NCBI GenBank assembly: GCA_052386675.1
Contig: JBQTJX010000014.1
Location: 18,120 to 82,119, forward strand
Source: Betaproteobacteria bacterium
GTDB taxonomy: Bacteria > Pseudomonadota > Gammaproteobacteria > Burkholderiales > SG8-39
DNA: 64,000 nt
Reading direction: 5' to 3'
Shown: piece after piece, positions 51,372-61,632 of the stretch
How positions within the stretch are numbered: the first letter of the stretch is position 1
How the letters are laid out: each line of letters opens with the position of its first letter
Translations under genes and position numbers: made by a program
Notes under the pieces: generated by a model
What the model was told of the DNA's origin: nothing
The model's database searches: none
Seen by the model: the letters and a program-made list of their open reading frames with translations, nothing else

Positions 51372-54137
51372 ATGACTCCCGCGCCCCTGCCGGAGGGAAC
51401 CGAGACCGAACCGGCGCCGATCCGCGTCCTGCTGCTCGAGGACAATCCGGACGACGCGTTTCTGATCCGGCGCGCGTTCGGATCGCCTCGATTGCGGGGA
51501 TTCGAGTTGATGGACACCGCGCAGCGCGTCAGCACGGCAGTCGCCGCCCTCGCGAAGAACCGGGGCCGGGCCTTCGACATCGTGCTGACGGACCTCGACC
51601 TGCCTGACAGCGTCGGTGTGGAAACGGTGACGGCGCTGCACCGCACCGCGCCGGACATGCCGATCGTCGTTCTCACGGGACAGCCGGACGAGGCGCTTGG
51701 CGTGGCGGCGCTCCGGCGCGGCGCTCAGGACTACCTGATCAAGGGGCAGGTGGAGCCCACGCTGCTCGCGCGTACGCTTCGCCACGCAATAGAACGCAAG
51801 CGCCTGCTGGTCGAGCTCGACCGCGCCCGCGGCGAACTGGAGGAACGGGTGAGGGAGCGCACTGCCGCGCTGGTCCAGGCCAACCAGAGCCTGCGCGAGA
51901 CCGAGGAGCGCTACCGCAAGCTTATCGAGATGTCGCCGGACGCAATCCGGGTGCAGAAGGGCGGACGCATCGTGATGGCCAACCCCGCCGCCCTGGCGCT
52001 GTATGGCGCACGCAGCGAGATCGAGATCCTCGGTCGCTCGCCGCTTGATTTCATCGACCCTGCCTTCCACGGCATGGCACATGAGCGGACGGCCCTGCTG
52101 GACCGGCCCGGCACAACGATGGCGCCGCTGGAGCAGGTGCATCGACGCCTGGACGGCACGCGCCTGCAGGTCGAGGTGCGCGGCGCCTCGGTCGAACTGG
52201 GCGGGGAGGTGCATGCGTTGATCGTGGTGCGCGACATTGGCGAGAGAAAGGCGCAGGAAGAGCGCATCGCGCGACTGCACCGCATCCAGGTGATGCTGTC
52301 GGCAATCAACTCGGCGATCGTGCGCATCCGCGACCGCGGCGAGCTGTTCCAGGAGGCCTGCCGCATCGCGGTGGAGCATGGCGGGTTGCCCATGGCCTGG
52401 ATCGCCGCGCGCGACGGCGCCGGCAGCGATTTCCGCCCGGTGGCGGGCGCCGGGTTCGACGTCACCGGGCTGGGAAGCGTGCCGATGCGCCTGGAGGCGG
52501 ACGCACCCGAGGCGCGAGGCGTGGCGGGCAGGGCGATTCGCGAGAAGCGAACCGTGGTGGACAACGACATCCTGGCCAATCCCGGCGTCGGCTACTACCG
52601 CACCCACGCCATCCAACGCGGTTTCCGCTCTTCGATCGCGCTGCCGCTGGCGGTGGAGGACCAGGTCGTAGGCGTCTTCATCATGTACGCGGAGGGGTCC
52701 GGGTTCTTCACCACGGAGGAAGTGAAGCTTCTGGAGGAACTCGCCACCGATGTGTCCTTCGCGCTCGACTACCTCGAGAAGGCGGCGCGCGCCGACTATC
52801 TCGCCTACTACGATCCGCTCACTGGCCTGCCCAACCGCACCCTGTTCCACGTCCACCTCGGCCAGCACCTGCGAACGCGCGGCGCCGAGCAGGCCATGGT
52901 GGCGGTCCTGCTGTTCAACATCGACCGATTCCGCAGCGTCAACGAGACCCTGGGACGCGAGGCCGGGGACAAGCTGCTGAAGAAAGTGGCGGCGCGGCTG
53001 AAGGCGGCAATGGAGGGCAGCGAGATGCCGGCGCGAGTCAGCGCCGGTGCCTTCGCGCTCATTCTGCGTGGTGCGTCGCATGCGGGGGACCTCGCGCGCG
53101 CGGTCGAGGGCATCATCCGCGCGTGCTTCGACCCGGCGTACGAGATCAACGAGCATGAACTGCGTGTCTCGGTCCGCGTTGGCATTGCCCTGTACCCGTC
53201 TGACGGGCGCGACGCGGAGCGCTTGTTCCGCAATGCCGAGGCAGCGCTCGCCAAGGCCAAGGCGGGCGGAGAGCGCGTAGAGTTCTACGCGCCGGAGTTC
53301 AACGCCCGAGTCGCCGAAGCCCTGGTGCTGGAAACGCGGCTGCGGCGGGCCATCGACCGTGGCGAGTTCATCCTCCACTACCAGCCGAAGCTGAGCCTGG
53401 AGAGCGGCCGCATCACGGGCGTGGAAGCGCTGATGCGCTGGCAGGATCCGGTCGACGGGCTGGTGCCGCCGGGCAAGTTCATCCGGGTACTGGAGGACAC
53501 CGGCCTCATCCTCGAGGCCGGGCGCCAGGTACTGGCGCGCGCCCTTGCCGAGCGTCGCACCTGGGAAGGCACGGGCCTTGCGGTGCCGCGGGTGGCGGTG
53601 AACGTCTCGTCGATCCAGTTGCAGCGGCGCGACTTTGTGCGAGAGGTGCTCGACGCAATCGAGGCCGCGGGCAGCGGCGGCTCGGCGCTGGAGCTGGAGA
53701 TCACCGAGAGCCAGGTGATGCGCGAGCTGGATACCAACATCGCCAAATTGCGCGAACTGCGCGCGCTGGACATCGAGGTGGCGGTGGATGACTTCGGCAC
53801 CGGCTATTCGTCGCTCAACTACGTCGCCAAGCTGCCGGTCACGGCGCTGAAGATCGACCGCTCGTTCATCGTTGGCATGACCGAGGGCCCGGGCGGCCTG
53901 GCGATCGTGTCTACCATAGTAGGCCTGTCGCATTCCCTGGGTTTCCGCTCGGTAGCCGAGGGCGTGGAAACCGAGGAGCAGGCCGGCCTGCTGCGCTCCC
54001 TGCGCTGCAACGAGATGCAGGGCTACCTGTTCAGCAGGCCGCTGCCTCCGGCGGAGTTCGAGGCGCTGCTGCGCAAGACCAACGGGCAGGAACCGGGCCT
54101 CGCTAGGCCAGCACCGACATCACCACCGACACCGTGA
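51372..54137 (+). CDS. REC-PAS-GAF-GGDEF(degenerate)-EAL signalling protein
   Basis: 921 aa. Receiver (IRVLLLEDNPDD...VLTDLDLPD), PAS (RYRKLIEMSPDAIRV), GAF. The GGDEF domain has SAGAF in place of GGDEF. The EAL domain keeps EALMRW, DDFGTGYSSL, KIDRSF and EGVETEEQ. Confidence 0.9.
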   Translation: MTPAPLPEGTETEPAPIRVLLLEDNPDDAFLIRRAFGSPRLRGFELMDTAQRVSTAVAALAKNRGRAFDIVLTDLDLPDSVGVETVTALHRTAPDMPIVVLTGQPDEALGVAALRRGAQDYLIKGQVEPTLLARTLRHAIERKRLLVELDRARGELEERVRERTAALVQANQSLRETEERYRKLIEMSPDAIRVQKGGRIVMANPAALALYGARSEIEILGRSPLDFIDPAFHGMAHERTALLDRPGTTMAPLEQVHRRLDGTRLQVEVRGASVELGGEVHALIVVRDIGERKAQEERIARLHRIQVMLSAINSAIVRIRDRGELFQEACRIAVEHGGLPMAWIAARDGAGSDFRPVAGAGFDVTGLGSVPMRLEADAPEARGVAGRAIREKRTVVDNDILANPGVGYYRTHAIQRGFRSSIALPLAVEDQVVGVFIMYAEGSGFFTTEEVKLLEELATDVSFALDYLEKAARADYLAYYDPLTGLPNRTLFHVHLGQHLRTRGAEQAMVAVLLFNIDRFRSVNETLGREAGDKLLKKVAARLKAAMEGSEMPARVSAGAFALILRGASHAGDLARAVEGIIRACFDPAYEINEHELRVSVRVGIALYPSDGRDAERLFRNAEAALAKAKAGGERVEFYAPEFNARVAEALVLETRLRRAIDRGEFILHYQPKLSLESGRITGVEALMRWQDPVDGLVPPGKFIRVLEDTGLILEAGRQVLARALAERRTWEGTGLAVPRVAVNVSSIQLQRRDFVREVLDAIEAAGSGGSALELEITESQVMRELDTNIAKLRELRALDIEVAVDDFGTGYSSLNYVAKLPVTALKIDRSFIVGMTEGPGGLAIVSTIVGLSHSLGFRSVAEGVETEEQAGLLRSLRCNEMQGYLFSRPLPPAEFEALLRKTNGQEPGLARPAPTSPPTP

Positions 54138-55014
54138 ACACGGAAAGCGCGGTGGACAGCACCGCGCTGCACGAGGTCTCCACTTCCAGCAGCTTGTAGC
54201 GCTGCGCCAGCACGAACGCGGTCGCCCCCAGCGGCAGGCTCGCGCCCACCACCGCGACCTTGGCCCACAGAGGATCCACCGCCACTGCGCCGTAGAACAC
54301 CGCGGCCGCGATGATCGGGTGCAGCGCGAGCTTCAGGGCCACTCCCGGCCAGGCGGCCGCCATGCCCTCGCGCATGGATTGGCGCGAAACGAACAGGCCG
54401 AGCGCGAACAGCGCACCCGGTCCGGCGGCGGCGGCGAGCAGGTCGGCGAGCCGCATTGCCGGCAGCGGCAGGCTGAGACCCACCGCCACCAGCGCGATGG
54501 CGAGCGCGATCGGCCATATGAGCGGGCTGCGCGCGGTCGTGAGCAGCGCGAGCACGATATCCTTGCGGTGGTTGGCATGCTGCCGGTCGAACAGTTCCAG
54601 CAGCGTCTGCCCGGTGGCGAACAGCATGATGTTGGTCGCCACCGTGGCCATCGCCGCGGGCAGCGCCGCCTCCGGGCCGTAGGCCACGGTCACCAGTGGG
54701 ATGCCTAGGTAGCCGGTGTTGCTGAAGGAAGCATTGAGCGCGCGCAGGCTGTGTTCCTGAGGGGTGCCGCCCTGCAGCCAGGCCGAGACGGCGAAGCCCG
54801 CCGCGGCACAGGCAAGCGTGGTCGCCACGACGCCGGCGAGGAACGGCCAGTCGAGGATCTGGTCGAGCGATCCGCGCGACACGGCGGCGAACAGCATCGC
54901 CGGCAGCGCGAAGTAGTAGACGAACTGGTTCAGCGCGTCGCTCGACTCCGCCCCCACCAGGCGTGCGCGGCCGGCGCCCCAGCCGCACAGCACCAGGCCG
55001 AACACCGGCAGCAC
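54103..55014 (-). CDS. AEC (auxin efflux carrier) family transporter
   Basis: 303-aa polytopic membrane protein with a GTG start. Its 3' end overlaps the convergent EAL gene by 35 nt. Confidence 0.8.
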   Translation of the reverse strand: MLPVFGLVLCGWGAGRARLVGAESSDALNQFVYYFALPAMLFAAVSRGSLDQILDWPFLAGVVATTLACAAAGFAVSAWLQGGTPQEHSLRALNASFSNTGYLGIPLVTVAYGPEAALPAAMATVATNIMLFATGQTLLELFDRQHANHRKDIVLALLTTARSPLIWPIALAIALVAVGLSLPLPAMRLADLLAAAAGPGALFALGLFVSRQSMREGMAAAWPGVALKLALHPIIAAAVFYGAVAVDPLWAKVAVVGASLPLGATAFVLAQRYKLLEVETSCSAVLSTALSVFTVSVVMSVLA

Positions 55015-55025
55015 CGAAGAGAGGA

Positions 55026-55580
55026 TCAGTTCCAGGGGATCATCCGGCCGGCGACCCGGAATCCTTCCCTGCCGCCGGGAGAGAGGACCACGATCTCGCC
55101 CGTGGCGGGGCTCACGCCGGTGAGGGCGTGGGTGGTTGAGCCGTGCGTCACCAGCACCAGGTTCTCATTGCCTCGATGCGCCGCGACGCGCGGGCGCAAC
55201 GCCTTAAGTTGCGCGGCCACGTTTTCAGGTCGCCCGAATACGTTCGAAAGGGCGTCCCACCGCTCGCTGCGGTCGAAGGCGAGGCGCGCGGTCTCGACGC
55301 AGCGGCACCATGGGCTCGACAGGACCTGTCCGAGCGGGATGCGCCGGGCCTTCAACGCCGCGCCGAGCTTGCGCGCCTCGTCGCGACCCTCGTCCGACAG
55401 GTTGCGCTGCGTGGCGCAGTCCTCGAGCCTGAACCCGGTCGGGTCGCCCACGCCAGGCGTGGTCAGGGCATGGCGGATCACGAGCACCTGCCCGCCCTTC
55501 GCGAGGAGTTTCCACAGCGCCTCGTCGGCCAGAGCGAGCGGCTGCCACAGCACAAGCGCGAGCAGCGCCAACAGCCTCAT
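55026..55580 (-). CDS. Secreted histidine phosphatase superfamily protein
   Basis: ATG 55580 gives signal peptide [18 protein letters not shown], then VLVIRHALT (RH catalytic motif) and LVTHGST. The start overlaps the lgt stop (ATGA). The upstream track extension runs out of frame over lgt. Confidence 0.8.
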   Translation of the reverse strand: MRLLALLALVLWQPLALADEALWKLLAKGGQVLVIRHALTTPGVGDPTGFRLEDCATQRNLSDEGRDEARKLGAALKARRIPLGQVLSSPWCRCVETARLAFDRSERWDALSNVFGRPENVAAQLKALRPRVAAHRGNENLVLVTHGSTTHALTGVSPATGEIVVLSPGGREGFRVAGRMIPWN

Positions 55581-56353
55581 TTCTGCCTGGTGCTCCACAC
55601 GAAGAGGGCGATGCCAGCGCCGATCATCGGCAGGCTGAGCCACTGGCCCATGGAAAGGTTGAAGGCGAGCAGGCCGAGGAAGGCATCGGGCTCGCGCGCG
55701 AACTCGGCCAGGAAGCGGAACGTGCCGTATCCCAGCAGGAATACCGCTGACACTTGCGCGCGCGGCCGTGGCCTCGAGGAGAACCACCACAGAATCGCGA
55801 ACAGCGCTACACCTTCGAGCGCGAACTGGTAGAGCTGCGACGGATGGCGCGGTTCAGGCCCGGCGCCGCGGAACACCATGCCCCAGGCGAGATCGGTGGT
55901 GCGGCCCCAGAGCTCGCCATTGATGAAGTTGCCCATGCGGCCGGCGGCAAGCCCGAGCGGCACCAGCGGCGCAACGAAGTCCATCACCCGCCACCAGTCC
56001 AGCCGATTGCGCCTGGCATAGATGGCCATGGCGATGAGCACGCCGAGGAAGCCGCCGTGGAAGGCCATGCCGCCCTGCCAGATGTAGAGCACCTCCAGCG
56101 GGTGCGACAGGTAATGCGCGGGCTTGTAGAACAGCACGTAGCCCAGGCGCCCGCCAAGGATGATTCCCAGAACTGCGGCGAACAGAAGGTCGTCGAACTG
56201 CTCGCGCGTGACCGGTGCCAGGCCCTGCGCAATGCGGCGCCGCCCGAGCCACCAGCCCGAGGCGAACGCGGCGAGGTACATAAGGCCGTACCAGCGCACC
56301 GCCAGCGGGCCCAGCGAAATCGCGATCGGATCGAAGTTCGGGTGGATGAGCAT
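55577..56353 (-). CDS. lgt: Prolipoprotein diacylglyceryl transferase
   Basis: 258 aa. [53 protein letters not shown]. Confidence 0.95.
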   Translation of the reverse strand: MLIHPNFDPIAISLGPLAVRWYGLMYLAAFASGWWLGRRRIAQGLAPVTREQFDDLLFAAVLGIILGGRLGYVLFYKPAHYLSHPLEVLYIWQGGMAFHGGFLGVLIAMAIYARRNRLDWWRVMDFVAPLVPLGLAAGRMGNFINGELWGRTTDLAWGMVFRGAGPEPRHPSQLYQFALEGVALFAILWWFSSRPRPRAQVSAVFLLGYGTFRFLAEFAREPDAFLGLLAFNLSMGQWLSLPMIGAGIALFVWSTRQK

Positions 56354-56408
56354 GGCGCCGGGCGCAGGTTAGCGTATTACACTCGCGTTTCAACATCAGG
56401 AGAGCAAC

Positions 56409-58118
56409 ATGGCAGCGAAAAAACCGGGCGGCGATTCGGCCGTGAACCGCCGTTCCCAGCTCATCACCAAGGGTCCGGCACGCGCGCCCAACCGCGCCAT
56501 GCTGCGCGCGGTCGGCTTCAGGGACGGGGACTTCGACAAGCCCATCGTGGGCGTGGCCAATGGCCACTCCACCATGAATCCCTGCAATGCCGGGATCCAG
56601 CCGTTGGTTGACAGCGCCATGGCGGCGCTGGAGGCTGCGGGCGCGAAGCCCCAGGTGTTCGGCGTGCCCACCGTGACGGACGGCATCGGCATGGGCACCG
56701 AGGCCATGAAGTATTCGCTGGTGTCGCGCGAGGTCATTGCCGACGCCATCGAGACCTCGGTCAACGGCCAGGCCATGGACGGCGCGCTGGTGGTGGGCGG
56801 CTGCGACAAGAACATGCCCGGCGGCATGATGGCCATCGCGCGCATGAACGTGCCCGCGATCTACGTCTATGCCGGCACCATCAAGCCGGGCAAGTGGAAG
56901 GGCGTGGACCTCACCATCGTGTCCGCTTTCGAGGCGGTGGGCGCCTACAGCGCCGGCAAGATGAGCCAGGAGGACTTCATCGGTATCGAGAAGAACGCCT
57001 GCCCGTCGGTGGGCGCCTGCGGCGGCATGTACACCGCCAACACGATGTCGTCGTCCTTCGAGGCGCTGGGCATGAGCCTGCTGGGCTCCTCGCAGATGGC
57101 CTCGCCGGATTCCGAGAAGGCAGACTCGGCGGCCGAATCCGCCAAGGTGCTGGTGGCCGCGGTCAGGAACAACCTGCGACCGCGCGACATCATCACCCGC
57201 AAATCCATCGAGAACGCGGTGGCGCTCATCATGGCCACTGGCGGCTCCACCAACGGCGTGCTGCACTACCTCGCGATCGCCTCGGCGGCGGGCGTGAAGT
57301 GGACCATCGACGACTTCGAGCGCGTGCGCCGCAAGGTTCCGGTGCTGTGCGACCTCAAGCCCTCCGGGAAGTACGTCGCGGTGGATTTCCATCGCGCCGG
57401 CGGGGTGCCGCAGGTACTGAAGGTCCTCCTGGCCAATGGCGTCCTGCATGGCGAGTGCATGACCATCCACGGCAAGACGATGGCAGAGATGCTCAAGGAC
57501 GTGCCCGCCCAGCCGCGCGCCAATCAGGACGTCATCCGGCCCTGGTCCAAGCCCATCTACAAGCAGGGCCATCTCGCCATCCTGAAGGGCAACCTCGCGC
57601 CGGAAGGCTGCGTGGCGAAGATCACCGGCCTGAAGAACCCGGTTATTACCGGGCCGGCAAAGGTGTTCGATTCCGAGAACGCGTGCATGCAGGCCATCAT
57701 GGCGCGGAAGGTCAAGGCGGGCGACGTCATCGTGATCCGATACGAGGGTCCAAAGGGCGGGCCGGGGATGCAGGAAATGTTAGCACCCACTTCTGCGTTA
57801 ATCGGCCAAGGGCTTGGAGAGTCTGTGGGCCTTCTGACCGACGGTCGGTTCTCGGGCGGGACCTGGGGCATGGTCGTGGGACACGTCGCGCCCGAAGCCT
57901 ATGCCGGCGGCCTCATCGCGCTGGTGAAGAACGGCGACTCGGTCACCATCGACGCGAAGAAGCAACTCATCCAGCTGAACGTCCCGGCGAAGGAGATTGC
58001 CGCCCGCCGGAAGAAGTGGAAAGCGCCCAAGCCGCGCTACACGCGAGGCCTGCTGGCGAAGTACATGCGCCTGGTGTCCAGCGCCTCGAAGGGCGCGATC
58101 ACCGACTCAGAAACTTGA
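56409..58118 (+). CDS. ilvD: Dihydroxy-acid dehydratase
   Basis: 569 aa. [45 protein letters not shown]. Confidence 0.96.
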   Translation: MAAKKPGGDSAVNRRSQLITKGPARAPNRAMLRAVGFRDGDFDKPIVGVANGHSTMNPCNAGIQPLVDSAMAALEAAGAKPQVFGVPTVTDGIGMGTEAMKYSLVSREVIADAIETSVNGQAMDGALVVGGCDKNMPGGMMAIARMNVPAIYVYAGTIKPGKWKGVDLTIVSAFEAVGAYSAGKMSQEDFIGIEKNACPSVGACGGMYTANTMSSSFEALGMSLLGSSQMASPDSEKADSAAESAKVLVAAVRNNLRPRDIITRKSIENAVALIMATGGSTNGVLHYLAIASAAGVKWTIDDFERVRRKVPVLCDLKPSGKYVAVDFHRAGGVPQVLKVLLANGVLHGECMTIHGKTMAEMLKDVPAQPRANQDVIRPWSKPIYKQGHLAILKGNLAPEGCVAKITGLKNPVITGPAKVFDSENACMQAIMARKVKAGDVIVIRYEGPKGGPGMQEMLAPTSALIGQGLGESVGLLTDGRFSGGTWGMVVGHVAPEAYAGGLIALVKNGDSVTIDAKKQLIQLNVPAKEIAARRKKWKAPKPRYTRGLLAKYMRLVSSASKGAITDSET

Positions 58119-58706
58119 GCCGGGTTCCTTGAGGAACTCGATCTCGGCCGGGTTACTTTGCCGGCCGAGAATGTCGTTCCGATGCGGAAACCGCCCGAAG
58201 CGCCGGATGATGTCCAGGTGCGCCTGTGCCCATTTCGGCAGGTCGGCGGTCTCCGGAAACACCGCGATCTCCCGCATCAGTTCAAGGCAGCGTTCCTGGT
58301 CGGCGAGCGATTCGGAATGCTCCAGCGGCAGGTACAGGAACTGCCGTTCCACCGGCAACATCGCCTTGTCGAAGCCGAGGGCGATGGCGTGATTGGCGCA
58401 ATCCCGGGCCAACGGGTCGGCGGCGAAGGCGCGCGCGCTGCCCCGGAACATGTTGCGCGGGAACTGGTCCAGCACGACGACCAGCGCCAGGCAATCCCCA
58501 GCCGAGCGCTTCCATGCGGAGAGTCCGCCGCCGGCCGCGGTCTCGTACAGCGGCAGGAACCGGTCTCGGATCGACGCATCGAAGGCCGGATCCTTCTCAA
58601 ACCACGCCTTGCGCTTCTCCGGCCCGCGGAACCAGAATGACAGCACTTCGGCTGCGCGCGAATCCCTGGCGACGAACTGGGCGCCTGTTCCGGTTTCTCG
58701 AGTCAT
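58107..58706 (-). CDS. DUF924 family protein
   Basis: ATG 58706 gives about 199 aa with VLSFWF...[18 protein letters not shown]...[15 protein letters not shown]...[12 protein letters not shown]. Its 3' end overlaps ilvD by 12 nt. Confidence 0.85.
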   Translation of the reverse strand: MTRETGTGAQFVARDSRAAEVLSFWFRGPEKRKAWFEKDPAFDASIRDRFLPLYETAAGGGLSAWKRSAGDCLALVVVLDQFPRNMFRGSARAFAADPLARDCANHAIALGFDKAMLPVERQFLYLPLEHSESLADQERCLELMREIAVFPETADLPKWAQAHLDIIRRFGRFPHRNDILGRQSNPAEIEFLKEPGSSF

Positions 58707-58745
58707 TTGGCGGTTCCCCGGGCCTGTCGTTGCGGTGCCGCCATT

Positions 58746-59702
58746 ATGCGGTCGCCGGCTGACGGGAGAGGGAACTTGGGACGACGCCGTGACATCCTGG
58801 AACTCGCAGCCGCGTCCGCGCGGCTGCGCGACCACGCCGGCGCGGCGCGCGAGGCAAACTGGCTGTACCGGCTCGTCGGCGCGGTTCGCGCCAGAGCCCG
58901 CCGCAAGCTCGTCGATGGCTGGCGCCGGTTCGAGGGCGCGTATGTGCCGCTGCAGGATGGGACGCTGTTTTTTGTTCCGCGCGAGCTCGACCTGCATGGC
59001 TACACCGTGCTCACGAAGGGCGATGCGGACCAGGTCAACGCACCGATCCTGGCGCGGTTCTGCGCGCCGGGGAACGCGGTGATCGATGTTGGCGCAAACA
59101 TTGGCGAGCTGACCGTGCCCTTCGCCCGCTCAGTCGGCGCCGGAGGCGCCTGCCTTGCCATCGAGCCGATCCCGTTCCTCGCCGACGCAGTGCGCAGGAC
59201 CGCGTTCGCGAACGGCCTCGACTGGGTAGAGGTGTTCCAGTGCGCGGCTTCCGCCGATGCAGCCTCGGCGAACCTGGAACTGCGCTACCGCGAGGGCCAG
59301 GTGCTCGATACCGGCGGCTCCCGCCTGGTGGATGCAGCCCCCACGGGCACCATCCAGGTTGCGACCGAAAGGCTGGACGACATCGTCCGCCGCTCTCGCA
59401 TCGGCGCGCGCAGGGTCAGCCTGATCAAGGTCGACGTGGAGGGGCATGAGCTTCCGGTCCTGCGCGGGGCGGAGGGCACCCTGCGCCAGCACCGGCCGGC
59501 CCTGGCGATAGAGGTCGGCAACGAGACGCCCGCGGCGCGCGCCGAGATGGTCGCGCTGCTGCAAGGGCTCGGCTACGAGCCTGTCGGCGCGCTGTTCCGC
59601 CACGCGGTCCTTCCGGTGACCTGGCGGGCGCTGCATGAGAACACCTTCCCGCTCGGGGAGGACGGTGTTGTCGACATCCTGTTCCGCACGAAAGGACCGT
59701 AG
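58746..59702 (+). CDS. FkbM-family methyltransferase
   Basis: VIDVGANIGELTVPFA (SAM-binding) and SLIKVDVEGHELPVLRGA motifs. Start uncertain: ATG 58746 or TTG 58707. Confidence 0.8.
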   Translation: MRSPADGRGNLGRRRDILELAAASARLRDHAGAAREANWLYRLVGAVRARARRKLVDGWRRFEGAYVPLQDGTLFFVPRELDLHGYTVLTKGDADQVNAPILARFCAPGNAVIDVGANIGELTVPFARSVGAGGACLAIEPIPFLADAVRRTAFANGLDWVEVFQCAASADAASANLELRYREGQVLDTGGSRLVDAAPTGTIQVATERLDDIVRRSRIGARRVSLIKVDVEGHELPVLRGAEGTLRQHRPALAIEVGNETPAARAEMVALLQGLGYEPVGALFRHAVLPVTWRALHENTFPLGEDGVVDILFRTKGP

Positions 59703-59836
59703 ACCAGGGCGGTCTTGCGCATATCCCGTCAACTGGAGGTAGATTTGGCGCGTTATGGAGGCTCGGCGGCGAAGCGTCAGCTTGCAAAACCGGCACGTTC
59801 CGGTAGCATGGCGGCCGAATCGATAAAAGGAACCCC

Positions 59837-60148
59837 ATGAAGAATCAAACACTTGTGTTCGCTGCGGTAGCTGCCCTGTTCGCCGTTCCGGGCCAGGCCA
59901 GCGAGGACCTCGCCAAGAAGCACGCCTGCGTCGCCTGCCACAACGTGAAAGGCGCCAAGACCGTCGGGCCAACTTATGCCGAGGTGGCCAAAAAGTACGC
60001 TGGCCAGAAGGACGCGGCGGCCAAGCTCGCCGACAAGGTGAAAAAGGGCGGCACCGGGGTCTGGGGGCAGGTTCCGATGCCGCCGAACGCTGCCGTGCCG
60101 GATGCTGACATCCAGACGCTGGTGAAGTGGGTGCTGTCGGTCAAGTAG
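59837..60148 (+). CDS. Class I c-type cytochrome (c551/c552-like)
   Basis: 103 aa: signal peptide, single heme site CVACHN, distal Met region VPMPPN. Confidence 0.9.
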   Translation: MKNQTLVFAAVAALFAVPGQASEDLAKKHACVACHNVKGAKTVGPTYAEVAKKYAGQKDAAAKLADKVKKGGTGVWGQVPMPPNAAVPDADIQTLVKWVLSVK

Positions 60149-60173
60149 CTGGATAACCACGTTCGTTGAACGG

Positions 60174-60207
60174 AAAAAGGTCGGGTTCGCCCGGCCTTTT
60201 TGTTTTT
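60174..60207. terminator. Rho-independent terminator after the cytochrome c gene
   Basis: AAAAAGGTCGGG-TTCG-CCCGGCCTTTTT (12-bp stem including one G-U), followed by TGTTTTT. A-tract and T-tract flanks would allow bidirectional function. Confidence 0.8.
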
Positions 60208-60221
60208 CCTTCCCGGCTGTA

Positions 60222-60237
60222 ATATGCGCGCGCATAT
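60222..60237. promoter_or_regulatory. Perfect 16-bp palindrome ATATGCGCGCGCATAT upstream of the liv-type operon; candidate operator
   Basis: Read directly, 67 nt upstream of the substrate-binding protein ATG. Confidence 0.3.
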
Positions 60238-60304
60238 CAGGCGCACGTCATGTAACTGTGCCCGACCGCCTTATTTCCAACCCAACCCCGAATCCGGAGA
60301 ACCC

Positions 60305-61567
60305 ATGAAGCTGAAGCTTGGACTGACTGTCCTTGCCGCCTCGCTTGCCGTGATCGGCTGCGGCGACAAGCCGGCCGACACGAAGAAGACCGCGGAAGTC
60401 AAGAAGGATGCGCCGCCCCCGCCGCCCCCGTCCATCGAGATCAAGATCGGCCACGTCGGCCCGCTCACCGGTGGCATCGCGCACCTGGGCAAGGACAACG
60501 AGAACGGCGCGCGCCTCGCGATCGACGAAGCCAACGCGGCCAAGATCAAGATCGACGGCAAGGATGCGAAGTTCATCCTCGTGCCCGAGGACGACCAGGC
60601 CGACCCGAAGGTCGGCACCACCGTCGCGCAGAAGCTGGTGGACGCGAAGGTCGCCGGCGTGGTCGGCCACCTGAACTCTGGCACGTCCATCCCTGCCTCC
60701 GACATCTACAACAAGGCGGGCGTGCCGGTGATCTCCGGCTCGGCCACCAACCCCAAACTCACCGAGCAGGGCTTCAAGGTGCAGTTCCGCGTCGTCGCGC
60801 GCGATGACCAGCAGGGCCCGGCGGTGGCGAACTACATCGCCAGCGCCGCGAAGCCCAAGCTGGTGGCGGTGATCGATGACGCCACCGCGTACGGCGAAGG
60901 CCTCGCCAACGAGGTGGAGAAGTCCCTCAAGGGCTCCAACATCAAGGTGCTGCCGCGCGAGAAGGGCACCGACAAGACCACGGACTGGAAGGCGGTGCTC
61001 ACGAAACTCAAGGGCCGCAACCCGGACGCGATCTTCTACGGCGGCATGGATGCCACCGGCGGGCCGATGCTCAAGCAGGCGCGCGAGCTGGGCATCAAGG
61101 CGGTTTTCTCGTTCGGGGACGGAGCCTGCACCGACGAGATGCCGAAGCTGGCCGGCGCCGCGGCCGACGGCATGCTGTGCTCGCAGGCCGGCCTGCCGCC
61201 CCAGGCGGCGGACAAGAAGTTCCTCGAAGCCTACAAGAAGGCGTTCAATGTCGACCCGATCATCTACGCGCCGTTCACCTACGACGCCGCGAACCTGCTG
61301 ATCGAGGCGATGAAGAAGGCGAACTCGGCCGAGCCGGCAAAGTACCTGCCGGAGCTGGCCAAGATCGACTTCAAGGGCGCCACCGGACAGATTTCGTTCG
61401 ACGACAAGGGCGACCGCAAGGGCGCCGAGATCACGATCTTCACCATGAAAGGCGGCAAGCTGGAGCCGACCGCGATCGTCAAGGACGGCAAGAGCATGTC
61501 CTACGCTGAGTTCGTCGGCGGCGCCGCGCCCGCGGCCGCGCCGGCGAAGGAAGAGGCCAAGAAGTAA
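60305..61567 (+). CDS. livK: Branched-chain amino acid ABC transporter substrate-binding lipoprotein (LivK/LivJ family)
   Basis: GGAG upstream of ATG 60305. Lipobox LAVIGC, Pro-rich linker (PPPPPPS), then a type I periplasmic binding fold (IKIGHVGPLTGGIAHLGKDNENGARLAIDE). Confidence 0.88.
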   Translation: MKLKLGLTVLAASLAVIGCGDKPADTKKTAEVKKDAPPPPPPSIEIKIGHVGPLTGGIAHLGKDNENGARLAIDEANAAKIKIDGKDAKFILVPEDDQADPKVGTTVAQKLVDAKVAGVVGHLNSGTSIPASDIYNKAGVPVISGSATNPKLTEQGFKVQFRVVARDDQQGPAVANYIASAAKPKLVAVIDDATAYGEGLANEVEKSLKGSNIKVLPREKGTDKTTDWKAVLTKLKGRNPDAIFYGGMDATGGPMLKQARELGIKAVFSFGDGACTDEMPKLAGAAADGMLCSQAGLPPQAADKKFLEAYKKAFNVDPIIYAPFTYDAANLLIEAMKKANSAEPAKYLPELAKIDFKGATGQISFDDKGDRKGAEITIFTMKGGKLEPTAIVKDGKSMSYAEFVGGAAPAAAPAKEEAKK

Positions 61568-61588
61568 AGCAGGCTTCACCGGCAATCG

Positions 61589-61618
61589 AAAACGGCGCCT
61601 TCGGGCGCCGTTTTTTTT
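61589..61618 (+). terminator. Rho-independent terminator/attenuator between livK and livH
   Basis: CGGCGCC-TTCG-GGCGCCG perfect 7-bp GC stem followed by TTTTTTTT. Confidence 0.8.
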
Positions 61619-61632
61619 GCTAGGCTCGCCGC

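Noticed and set aside
50730-53933. 1067-aa minus-strand ORF, the longest in the track
   Set aside because: It lies antisense to the well-supported FAD/Fe-S oxidase and GGDEF-EAL genes. The translation is Arg/Ala/Gly/His-rich with no motifs. This is a high-GC antisense artefact.
59789-59809. sigma54-like promoter (cGGCACGttccggtaGCa) upstream of the cytochrome c gene
   Set aside because: The GG-to-GC spacing is 2 nt longer than in the TGGCAC-N5-TTGC consensus, and the -12 element lacks TTGC. A weak sigma70-like TTGCAA-N16-TAGCAT overlaps it, but at only 4/6 plus 4/6, so it is not reported as a feature.
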